Of a stretch of DNA of 64,000 nt, positions 49,488 through 60,153 are shown one piece after another. Within the stretch, counting starts at the first letter, position 1. Each line of letters begins with the position of its first letter. The position numbers and the translations under genes are program-made. Source of the DNA: Microbotryum violaceum (taxonomy: Eukaryota); assembly GCA_001244265.2 (NCBI GenBank), contig CDLV01000014.1, forward strand, positions 186,001 to 250,000. The letters run 5' to 3'. The notes under the pieces were generated by a model, which was given only the letters and a program-made list of their open reading frames with translations, made no database searches and had not been told where the DNA came from.

Positions 49488-51031
49488 ATGGCAGGATCTG
49501 CATCAGACAAGGACAAAGAGAACCAAAGACGGAATGGGAAGGGCACTGGTGAGCTCAGCATGCAGTACTTGTTCTGATTCAAGGATTTGCTTCGCCAGGT
49601 TCGGGCTCAGGTTCGGGCTCAGGTTCGGGCTCAGGTTCGGGCTCAGGTTCGGGCTCAGGTTCGGGCTCAGGTTCGGGCTCAGGTTCGGGCTCAGGTTCGG
49701 GCTCAGCTGGTTCGGGCTCAAGCGCTCAGACCTCAGGAGGCCTCAAGCTTGGGCCGAGTCTCGTTCGGGCTAAGTCAGCCACATTTTCGCTGACGTGTGC
49801 CGCATCGGTCCACTGCAGCCAGAAAATACATTGATGCCGACGGCATGTACGCACGAAAAGACAAGGGCAATATGGGCTTGCGTGATTATACTTGCAAGCG
49901 CGGGCAAATTGACAAAATCTATTACAATTGGGTTCGCGTAAGTGCCGGCAAGTCCAGCGAGCAGAGCCCCACTACCGACTAGCTCTGACATCCCTGTGCC
50001 ACTCGTAACCTTCCTCGACCCAGTCGGTGGTGCGGGACGCACTAGTAGTGGCAGGGATCAGGACACCTACCCCGGTCCAGCTGTATGGGCCGCTTGCGGA
50101 GATCAACCAGGAGTGGTCCCCCAACCACGACCTGCCCGAAAACTACGATCTCAAGGACGCCTTCAGACTCATCTCTGCCAATACTAGCACAAACACAGTC
50201 TTGTGGGGGAATCTCTCCCTTTGAAGCAACGAGAAATCGTCAAGTATGTAAGTAACACTCCCCCCCCCGGTCGTCACCTTGTTGTGCGCTCGCTTGCGTG
50301 CTGACCAATTACTCCTCCATTGGCACTTGGTCAGATTCGCGAACGGGCTGGTTTCCTTGCGGTCACATCCGGCGACTGGCTCTATGAAGAACTCGTCATC
50401 GATGTCTTGGCAAATATTCGGTCCGCCTGGAAATTAGCGTACGATCGCGAAGTGTGCCGGCTTGCGGGAATCAAAGGTCAGCTCTCCAAAGCAGACATAG
50501 CGACACTCCGCAGTAGGCATGGTGAAGGTCCCAGTCGGAAAGTTAGCCCCTTCTTCTCAACCAGATCGGACTGGATGGTATGCACTGATGAGACCGTGAT
50601 GACTCCTTCAGAGCCAAGACGGGGTCTATTCGGCTTCAGATACAGGCACAAGCGACCTCGAAGAGGAAGAAGTGCTGGCAACTAGGAACAGGACCCTAGT
50701 GCCCAAGAAGCGAGGAGCGCGCCAAGGAGCAGGATCGCCACAATTGTCGCAGGAGACTCAACAAACAAGCCCCCACGTGGGTTCAAGCGGCCAACGTTCG
50801 ACTCCTGCAGCCAGCGGTGTCAGAGGCCCGGGCCCGCCAAGAAACAAGAAGAAGAAGACCGAACACAAGGCTAACAGAAGCCAACAGACCAACCCAAAGA
50901 GAGACCTTGGCAACGGTCGAGCTGAAGAAGAAGAAGACGAGGATCAGGGACAGGATGAAGAAGAAGTCGAAGGAAGTGGAACGGTCTCCAAGGACTTGAG
51001 GAAGCGGAGCACGCGCGGCAGCTGCGGATGA
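49488..51031 (+). pseudogene. Second transposon gene of unknown function (candidate TnpA-like accessory protein), about five exons, one apparent frameshift
   Basis: ATG at 49488. Introns with GTGAGC/GTAAGT/GTTAGC donors and CAG acceptors. Exons include MAGSASDKDKENQRRNGKGT, (GS)n, RKYIDADG...YYNWVR, SVVRDAL...WGNLS, IRERAGFLAVTSGDWLYEELVIDVLANIRSAWK and a Lys/Glu-rich tail. Frame break at ~50218-50224. Confidence 0.6.
49596..49703. repeat. Minisatellite (CAGGTTCGGGCT)x9, perfect, followed by a degenerate unit
   Basis: Read directly from the sequence. Encodes (GSGS)n in the spliced frame of the second transposon gene. Confidence 0.97.
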
Positions 51032-51317
51032 TTTGGATGCCAACGATCCAAACTATCCGGCTACGGGTCAAAGATGGTAACGGAGGTAGACACTTGCTAG
51101 ATAAATACTACAACATCTGGCATGCAATACAAAAAGGCTGCATTAACATTAGTAATATGAACGCGAGCATTAGTAATTTATGATACAGACCCTAATGAGT
51201 AAGCTAATGCCAATTGAGCTCGCACTAGCATTTAATGATACAGAACCTAATGAGCAAGCTAATGTGAACTAAGCTCGATCACGCTCCCGAAAAGAGCCCC
51301 TATTGAGACTTTTTGGA

Positions 51318-51440
51318 TGGTATTACCCATTAAAATTGGAAATACCCGAACCGAAGGGAATACCGTCTGCTTGGGTAATACCCATCCTGATGGGTAATAC
51401 CGCAGCCCAGTCAATACCCATTCAGATGGGTATTCCCCGC
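51318..51440. repeat. Right subterminal array of about 7 GGGTAWTACCC-like units
   Basis: ggtattaccc, gaaataccc, gggaatacc, gggtaataccc, gggtaatacc, tcaataccc and gggtattcccc at ~18-20 bp spacing. Confidence 0.85.
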
Positions 51441-51865
51441 CAAAAACGTCGCTCAGTGGTATGGCAGCAGACCAGGCTGCGGTGGGCCCGCTCTACCTGC
51501 GGCTGAGGAGGGCCGAAAGGTGGCGGCTAGTAATTAAGTAGTAGCGACGCCGAGCAGGCTGCGAATCTGTGCCATGATGTGTACTGAAGAGTGGAGCCCC
51601 AACTGGGAGCAGGTGATACCAATCGGTGATCAGGTCATCCCATTTGTTTCTGACACTTTACATCATCTCCGCTTCGCGGCTTCGGGCCTCGGATACTCCG
51701 CCTCAGTCCCGGCCGCCCCGCCGGCGGCAGTCGTCGGCTGACGTTCCAAGTGCCTGAGAGAGTGCCTCCACTGCCCCTCGATTGTGGGGCGTGGGGTGTC
51801 ATTAAGCATTGCCGGCGACGCTCTCACTCCGGACCCCTCATCACGCCCACTCACCACATTCAAGC

Positions 51866-53125
51866 ATGTCGACCTACCCACCCATCAAGCTCTCAGATGG
51901 CAAAGAGATCCCGGGCATCGGCTATGGCGTCGGTACGGCCTGGTTCGGCCGCGGCGGGATCGACACCGAGCTCGTCGAGGCGATCGTCCTCGCGCTCAAG
52001 ACGGGCTACACCCACATCGACGGGGCACAGGCCTATGGAAACGAAACCAGCGTCGGAGAGGCTCTGAAGCAGGCCGCTATCCCGCGCGAGAAACTATTCA
52101 GTTAGTCGTTCTTTTGGCTTGGTTGGTCCCTCCCCGCCAGCGCCGCGGGAAGAAGTGGGGGAGGGCCGCCGCTCGGAAGTAGCGATAAGCGAGCAGGCGG
52201 CTGTTGCCAAGAAGTGATGAGTGACTGACCGGCTCTTCAAGGTGAAACACTGCACAGTCACGACCAAAGTTGGAGGAAAGGGTCTCAAAGATATCGGAGC
52301 CTCTTGCCGCAAGTCCTTGCAGGAGATGGGAATCAACTACGCTGATCTGTGAGCTCATAAGTGACCTCAATGAGATCGATTGTTCCGATTTCAAGAGGCA
52401 TTGAGCACTGACCCAACTGTTTTGCGCTAATTCATCAGCTACCTCATTCACTGGCCCTACGACTTTGGCAAGGACGGCGTCCCGACGGCCGAAGACTGCT
52501 GGAAAGAGATGGAGAAAGTCAAGGCCGAGGGCTTGATCAAGTCGATCGGTGTATCCAACTACCGCATCCAAGATTTGGAAAAGACTCTCGCTGTGGCCAA
52601 GGATCGACCAGTTGTGAACCAGATCGAGTTTCACCCGCGAGTGTTTGAGAAGGCCGAGCCCTTGTTCGAATTCAGTGAGTTCTCGCCGCAAATGGACTCG
52701 ACTTGCTTGAAAAAAGGTCGGAGCTCCTCTGAGCGATCTCAAATTCACATTGTTTTGTTCAATTTTTCACTCACGCAGTGAAAAAAGAAGGAATCGCTCT
52801 CGAAGCGTACGGCCCCACGACGCCCTTGACAAAGTTGGTCGGCGAGCCGCTCGACTCGGTCTTGAAGCAAGTCGCCACGACGGTCTCTTCTCGCACCGGC
52901 TCCAACGCGACCGTCGAGCCTTCTCAGGTGCTGCTCTTGCTTGCGCACCAACTGGGCGCTGTCGTCATCACGACCTCGAGTAAGGAGTGGAGGATGCAGC
53001 AGCAGCTTGAATCGGCTGGCCTACCCAAGTTGACCGAGGCCGAAATCGATCAGATTCGAAAGGCCGCCACGCCGCAGCAGAGGAGGTTCATGCAGCACAT
53101 GGACAATGATGCACCGGCTTATTAG
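51866..53125 (+). CDS. Aldo-keto reductase, four exons
   Basis: 'IPGIGYGVGT', 'GYTHIDGAQAYGNE', 'REKLF|.TTK', 'L|YLIHWP', 'EGLIKSIGVSNY' and 'PVVNQIEFHP'. The D-Y-K-H catalytic tetrad is present. Confidence 0.93.
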
Positions 53126-53598
53126 ACTGGGTTAGATGTTCCCTATAAAATGGTGGAAGTTAATTAAGCCCAATGGAACAGCTATTGCCGACTTCTCGTT
53201 CGATCCGGGAGACACAATCACAGAAATAGGTTGTAGTGATTACGGCTTCGAAGAACATACGCTTAGCATGTGTTCCCCTAGCTGCCGCCGTGGGCCCTAC
53301 CCTCGCTCACCATACTCCGGGAAAGACAGGGATGGGCTTTCTATTTGCTTTTTGAGCTACTTCTGTTCTCCCTCGCCTTTCGATCGCACCCCCCGTCACG
53401 AATGCAAATTGGTCGGTGATGTAGTTGGCCGTCACGAACACCGAGACAACCCCTTCGGTTGCCAAACGGCTGAATGAGCCGCATTCTCAGAGCGGGTCAA
53501 AGACGAACGAACACAAGCATGCGATTGCACTTGTCACAAGGAAAGGCTAAAGTCTGATTCTCATTCTGTGATGTACACGACAAAACCTCATTCCTTCC

Positions 53599-56500
53599 TT
53601 AAGGTACATACTTGTCTCCGAGGTCTGTAGTGATGATGATTTCAAGTGAAAGGTCAGCGTCAAAAGTGAGAAGCAGTCGTCACGAGTCAACTCACATCGC
53701 CACGAGATCTTGGTCGTCTCCTTCAATCCGGAAACTTTGACAACCCTCTTCTCGCCAGGGATGAGGTCCAAGGCGTTGTCACTCAGCTTGACGTCGTCCG
53801 AGAACCAAAGCGTCCACCCCTTGACGGGTCGCTCGGCTTGGACCGTAATCTCTCCCTTGGCCACATCGACCTTGACGTCCAAGTTGACAGCCTTCTCGTC
53901 AGGCAGGACTAAGAACTTGTACGGTTCAGGGTAGACCAAGAATCTCGACAAAACTTCCTTGGTCTTGGGATCGACGATCTTGGCCGTGACGACAACCGCA
54001 GCCGCGGGGTTTTTGTTGTATTTGGGGACATCCTTTTTGATCAACTCGCTCGACTGGTTCGCGGCCAAATTGAAGTCCGTCGACTCTTCCAACATCTTTT
54101 CACCCGAAAGCAACTCGAACGCCTCGACGACAAGAGTGACCGGCAGTTCCTTGACGAGACCGTTGACGGCCCAGATCTCGACCCATTCAGAATCGACAAA
54201 GACCGAAGTCTTAAAATCTTCGGGGTACTCGCGCTTGTTGTAGCGCTTCATACCGCAGGCGATGGGTGCCATCGATTGCTTGATCGCGTAGTAGGCAGGC
54301 TTGGGTCGTTCGTAATAGTCGACAATGGACCACGAGCTGGAGTTCGGGAATGGTGGAATGAGTTTCAATGATTGAGTCAGCTAGCTTCGATAAACAAGGT
54401 GAGGTTTGCTGTAATGCGACTCACGTGCAGGGATAGACATCGTTGAGTTGCCACACCAAGGCACCAGAGCAGTAAGCTCGGCCAGGGCCCTTGAACTCGC
54501 GGCGGAACAATCGGTATGCGGTCGACAAGGTCTCAGCCTGGATGAACTGCGTCGCAAAGACGTAATCCTCAATTTTGAACGAGTGACGGATGTTTTCGAC
54601 GAGGTAGAGCTCGAGACGGCGCTCGTACCCGTCGGCTTTGTTGTGGCTAGCGACGGTTCGGCTCTGGACGTGGCGCTCGGACTCGTCGCCATCGATGAAA
54701 TCGTCCATAGTTCGGATGTCGGGAAGACCTTGCATACCAAACTCGGAGACGAAGCGACCGCTGTATAAGACAGAGCACAACGAGAGTAAGTTTGTGTCTC
54801 GCTTCCTCCGCATTTGGGAGCCGAAACGACTCAACGCACCTCAAAAGATCCCAATCCTGGTACCTCTGCTGCGAGCCATGCCAGACGTTCCATTGGTGAA
54901 TATCACCCACGGTCTTGTCCGTGGTATCCTTGCCCCCCCAAGGACTTCCAGGGTGGTAGAAGACATCGGTGAGGGCGTTGACGACCTTAGGCAAGGTGTG
55001 CTCGTAGATTTCACGAGCAGGGAAGTTCGTCTTGGTCCAGTCGCTCGTGTGGTCCTCTGGGTCGTATTCGAGTTTGCACGATTCGGCGACCTCTGTTGGT
55101 TGCGAGTGCGCCTGTGTCAGTTGTCTCATTTCAGAGCTTGAACCGATAAAGACACCTACGGTAGTCCTCGTTGTTACCAGCGTAGATCGACATGCAAGGG
55201 TGCGAGCGGATGCGCAGCACCGCTGCCTCGGCCTCTCGTCGGACACTCTCCACAAACTCGGGGAAGGCGGGGTACGCTCCACATCCAAACATAAAGTCTT
55301 GCCAGACAAGAATTCCCATCTCGTCGCACGTGTCGTAGAAACAGTCGTGCTCGTAGATACCACCAGCCCACACGCGGATCATGTTCTGGTTCGACTCGCT
55401 GAGCAGTTGCAGCCACGAGCGGTAGCGCTCTTCGGTTCCGTTGGTGATGAAGTTGTCGATGGGAATCCAGTTGGAGCCACCGCAGAACTGCGCGACGTTG
55501 TTGACCTCAAAGTAAAACGAGGTACCTTCATGGTCCTTGAGGGGCTCCTGGATGAGGCGCAATCGTCGGAAACCGAATCGCTTTGACACGGTTTGCAGAA
55601 CCTTGCCATCCTCGGACACGAGATCACATTGGGCGGTGTAGAGAGGTTGAGCACCGAGTCCGACGGACCACCAAAGCTCGATCTCATCGGCCTTGAAGGA
55701 CCATTCAGCCTTCTCGTTCGAGTTGCCCCCGGTCGAGACCTTTCTGAAGACCTTGCCAGCAGGGTCGAGCACGGTGAGGTTGGTCGTCAATTGCTTGTTG
55801 GTCAGTTGAACCTCGAGCGAAAGAGTCGCATCGAGCTTCTCCGAGACCAGAGCGACAGGGTGCAAGTCGAGGATTCGGTCGGCAAAGATCTCGACGCGGA
55901 CTTCCTTCCACGGACCCGCGGTCATGAGAGTCGGTCCCCAGTCCCAGCCCCAACCGTAACCCGCTTTTCGGACGAACAAACGAGCGGCATCGCCATTCCA
56001 CAGAGGCATGTGCTTGCCCTTGCCCAAGTGCTGCATAGCACAGATGTCAGAGAGAGAGAAGCGCCTGAAGTCTTTAGTCAAGCGTGTCGGCGATCACGAC
56101 AAGTCCAAACGAAAGGGACGGCCACGAACCTTTTGCTCAATCATTCGGCCCTTGATGACTGCCGAGGTGAAGACAAACACAAGGTGATTCTCCCCTTGCT
56201 TGACCTGTTCCGAGACGGTGACACTGGGGGGAAAAGGTGGCATGTCCGAGACGGTGATGAGTCACAGCTTCAGGATGTGTGGGGCGCGGCTCTCAAGGAG
56301 TATTCCAACTGACCGCTCGGGAGTGAACATGTTGTCGCTCTCCAGAATCTTCTTGCCATTCACTACAAACCAGATAGTCTCAAGATCAGTCCTGGCCGCA
56401 TTCAATGGGCTTCACCATGACTCGCTAGCACTGTACGACTCACAAAAGACGGTAGCGAACGTGTCGAGGCCCTCAAAGACGAGGTCGACCTTGTCGTTCT

Positions 56501-56945
56501 TTTGGGGTGCTTGTTCGAGTTTGAAGCTGGTACGATACAGCCAGTCCTCTTCTCCGACCCATTGCACGAGCTGTAGGCCGATCGTCGCAGCGCGAGTGGT
56601 CAGCACTTGGCCAATAGGCGTGTGGACTGGGCCGAACATCGCCTCGAATCGAGGGGCCGCACCCCCACTTTTGGGCGGGGGCCGAGGTTCCCTGGAACGG
56701 CTCTACAGCAGAATGAAGGGCCTTTGCGGGGCGTTTACCTCATCGTTGCACTTCTTGTAAGGATCGGGGATCTTTCCGACGGCCAAGAGCTCGACCTGAA
56801 TCATGGACGGCATCTGCACACACGTGGTCCAGCCCGACTGGAGCGCCTTTTCGCCGACGATCTGCTCGGGCGAACTGAGCGCCTTGACCGGCGACTGGCG
56901 CCATTCCCACTTGGAAGCGTCCGAGGAGAGATTCAGCGTCTTCAT
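53599..56945 (-). CDS. GH2 beta-mannosidase, probably intracellular, multi-exon
   Basis: 'GKIPDPY', 'FEGLDTFATV', 'RKAGYGWGWDWGP', 'GGSNWIP', 'NMIRVWAGGIYE', 'VWQDFMFGC', acid/base 'GNNE', nucleophile 'RFVSEFGMQG' and 'WQLND'. No hydrophobic signal peptide. Confidence 0.93.
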
Positions 56946-57800
56946 CGTCGGTGGGATACGTCGTTGTTCTTGAGATGGGGTCAAAAAAGCGGCGACGGTA
57001 AGGGAGAGCGGGAAGAGAAAGGGGAGCGGGGAGGAAGATCCCGATCGATCAAAGAGTAGGCAAAGGAGAGCGTCCGAAAACTGTTTAAGCGAAGTTCAAC
57101 CGCGAACCGCAATTTTGCCAGTGCATTCAACAGCCCGCGCGAGGTTCGCGAAGAGAGCCCGTTCTAAAAAAGAGCGGCTAGCTGCAAGAGCACATGTGAC
57201 CTTGGTGCCGGCTGCCAGGCATCTTGAACCGCCAGGCTGGCACCTCTTAAACTCGCGCTGGGCTGGCGCGCCGGCACCGGTCATTAACCCGGTCGCCCAG
57301 AGATCCAGAGACCCTTGCGAGCTGGGTATACGCGGATGCTGGCCTGTGCGCTCGGTCAACGGCCCCGACGATCCGCCGGCCAGTTCTTTCCCAGGCGCTG
57401 CCCGAGGCCCGCCGCTTCCGCGCCGTGTCCGAAGCTCTCTCGCCGGCAACAGTTGAGGCCGACGGTGAAAGTCACACCCTCACAAGGGCCGAGCGCGGGC
57501 AAAAAGGAGCGCCACCTTTTGAGCGTGTGAGCGTGGTTTTAGGCGTGGATCGGACCATGGAGAGGTCGGTCCCCGGTTTCTAAAGGGGGAAAAGCAGACC
57601 TATGTTGCGGGCGTGGGCAAATTGCGGAGGTCGGTGCCTTCAGATATCGGGGGCTTGGATCGCTTTCCCATCCGATTCCACCACCGGATCTTTCGGCATC
57701 GAGCTTTCACTCATCCTTATCTTCGCTTGAATCGCTTCCTCCGGTCCCCCTCTCCCTCGGCATCTCGCGCCTACTACAGTCTGTGTATCGGATTGCCTCG

Positions 57801-59829
57801 ATGCCACACTCGTCCGCACCCTTGGCTCTGCCGCGTGGCTTCCGACATGGCTTTGCAACCGCCTCCTATCAGGTACGTTCGCCGTCGACCTTGTTTACCG
57901 GCTGGGCCGCTCGCTCTATCCGCCTCGCGGCCTCGGCCTTCCTCTGACGCCCCGGGTGCGAACCCAAGGCAAGGGCGACAGACGAGACCGCGGCGCGCGC
58001 CTGACCATACGCGGTCCAACGAGCTAGAGCTGACATAATGGTTGCTGGGCTCGATAGATCGAAGGTAGCGTCGATGTCGACGGTCGAGGAAGCACCGTCT
58101 GGGACGACATGTGCCAACGCAAAAACGAGGACGGCTCGCTCAAGGTCGTCGACGGCACTGACGGCAGCCTCGCGACCGACTCCTACCGTCGCTACAGCGA
58201 GGACATTGCCCTCATGAAGAGCTACGGCGCCAACTGCTACGTGAGTTGACAACCAGTCTTATTGTGACGATCCATGGTCCCTCACCCGGATCGGCTGGAT
58301 TACACACAAGTGCACGAACCTCCGCAAGCTGCATGACAGAAATAACCGGCTGCTCACACCCCCACCCCCTCTCCCCGCCGGTCAATAGCGATTCAGCATC
58401 GCTTGGGCCCGCATCATCCCTCTCGGTGGTGCAAGTGACCCCGTGAACCCCCTTGGAATTAAAGTGGGTCTTCGTCCACAGTCCCGAATGTGCCACTTCA
58501 TTGCAAGTCGCTCACGCCTTCCCCCCCCCCCCCCCACCCCTCGTCCCCCACTATGGCGAAAACCCTGCCACTCTTCCTCTCCCCAACTAGTTCTATTCGG
58601 ATCTCATCGACGAGCTGCTTGCCAACGGGATCGAGCCTCTAGTTACTCTCTATCATTGGGATACCCCTTCGGCGTTGCAAGAACGTTACAACGGCTGGCT
58701 CGATGGCGAGCAAATCACGCGCGATTTCGTCAACTACGCTCGAGTCTGCTTCGACGCCTTCGGTGATCGCGTCAAGTGCTGGATCACCCTGAACGAGCCT
58801 TACTGCGAGTCCATCCTCGGTCACTTGTTGGGGATCCACGCCCCCGGCCGAACATCCAACCGAGCGCAGTCCGCCGTCGGCGATTCGGTCCACGAGCCTT
58901 GGATCGCCGGCCACAACCAGATCCTCGCCCATGCCCACGTCTCGGACCTGTACAACAAGCAATATCGACACAGGGCCATCGGCGGTCGAGGTCAGATCAG
59001 TATCGCCTTGAACGGTGACTGGAATGAGCCCTACGATCAGGAACCGGCGACGATCGCTGCGGCCCAACGAGCGAACGAAGCCTGGGTTGCCTGGTTCGCC
59101 GACCCCATCTACCTCGGTCGGGACTACCCCGCCAGTCTTCGCGCCCAACTCGGTTCGCGGTTACCCCAGTTCACATCGGCTGAGCTTGATTTGCTCAAGG
59201 CCAACATTCCCGAGTTCTACGGCATGAACCACTACACGACGAACCTAGTCAAGCCCCTGTCCGAACCGGCGGACGCGCTCAACTACAACGGCAACGTCTC
59301 ATTGCACCACACCTACCCCGACACGGGCAAGTTGATCGGCACACCTTCGCAATGCTCATGGCACTTCAACGTCCCCTGGGGTTTCCGCAAGCTCCTCGGC
59401 TGGATCTGGGACCGCTACCACGTCCCGATCGTTGTGACCGAGAACGGGTACCCCGTCACGGACGAGAACAACTTTTCGCTACAGAAGGCAATCGACGATA
59501 CCGAGCGCTGCAATTTCTACGAGTCTTACCTCAACGAGATGGAGAAGGCCATGTTGCTCGACGGCGTCGACGTGAGGGGTTACTGCGCTTGGTCGTTGTT
59601 GGACAACTTTGAATGGGCCGAAGGGTACATCCCTCGGTTCGGGTGCACCCACGTCGACTACAAGACGATGAAGCGGACACCCAAGAAGAGTTCCAAGGTC
59701 ATTAGGGAATGGTTCGCTGCGCGGGAAGCCAAGGGCTCGTCCTCGACTGCGTCCATGATCCCTTCGAGCGTCGTCAACCTCATGAAGAACTCCAACTTTG
59801 AAGTTTCGGCCGAAGCCGTCATCGCTTGA
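57801..59829 (+). CDS. GH1 beta-glucosidase, probably intracellular, four exons
   Basis: 'LPRGFRHGFATASYQ|IEG', 'RFSIAWARIIP', 'TLYHWD', catalytic 'TLNEP' and 'VTENG', and 'WSLLDNFEWAEGY..RFG'. Confidence 0.95.
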
Positions 59830-60153
59830 GCGCTTCTCGAGCGGTAGAAGAAGGGTCTAGAGCCCTATTTCCTGATACCTCTTTCTTTGCGTTCGTGATT
59901 CTGTTTGCATAGACTATCAGACGATTTAGTACGTAGAGGGCCATTGTTTCTGCTCCGTCCTTCCTCCATCTATCAATTCTTAAACTCTGGCTCTTTCTAT
60001 CATTTTGTACAATCAATCGTGTGGCGCATGCAATACCTGACCATTTATTTGCCCCCATCGTATCGAAGATGCGTTCGTCGTCCCCTGGAGAGAATGTACA
60101 CATTCCAACACGAAAAAGCTACACTCCCTAAGATATGCGTTCCCCGTGCCGAC

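Larger units (their letters stand above)
44498..51458. mobile_element. En/Spm (CACTA/CMC superfamily) DNA transposon with CACTG termini, ~6.96 kb, probably non-functional
   Basis: Left end CACTGAGGGTCGGTTAATTCCGGTAATACCCAT. Reverse complement of the right end CACTGAGCGACGTTTTTGGCGGGGAATACCCAT. Subterminal repeats at both ends and an internal Tnp2-type transposase. No clean TSD (flanks ...GTATAT| and |GTATGG...). Confidence 0.88.

Noticed and set aside
49503-49793. ORFs with LSPN, RFGL or QVRA tetrapeptide repeats
   Set aside because: These are alternative frames of the 12-bp minisatellite. Splice-phase analysis favours the GSGS frame.
53136-53477. 113-aa ORF right after the AKR stop codon
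   Set aside because: It lies in the probable 3' UTR zone of two convergent genes and has no recognisable features.
58520-58548. Poly-C tract (G-quadruplex potential on the minus strand)
   Set aside because: It lies within a GH1 intron as part of a pyrimidine tract, and homopolymer length is unreliable in assemblies.
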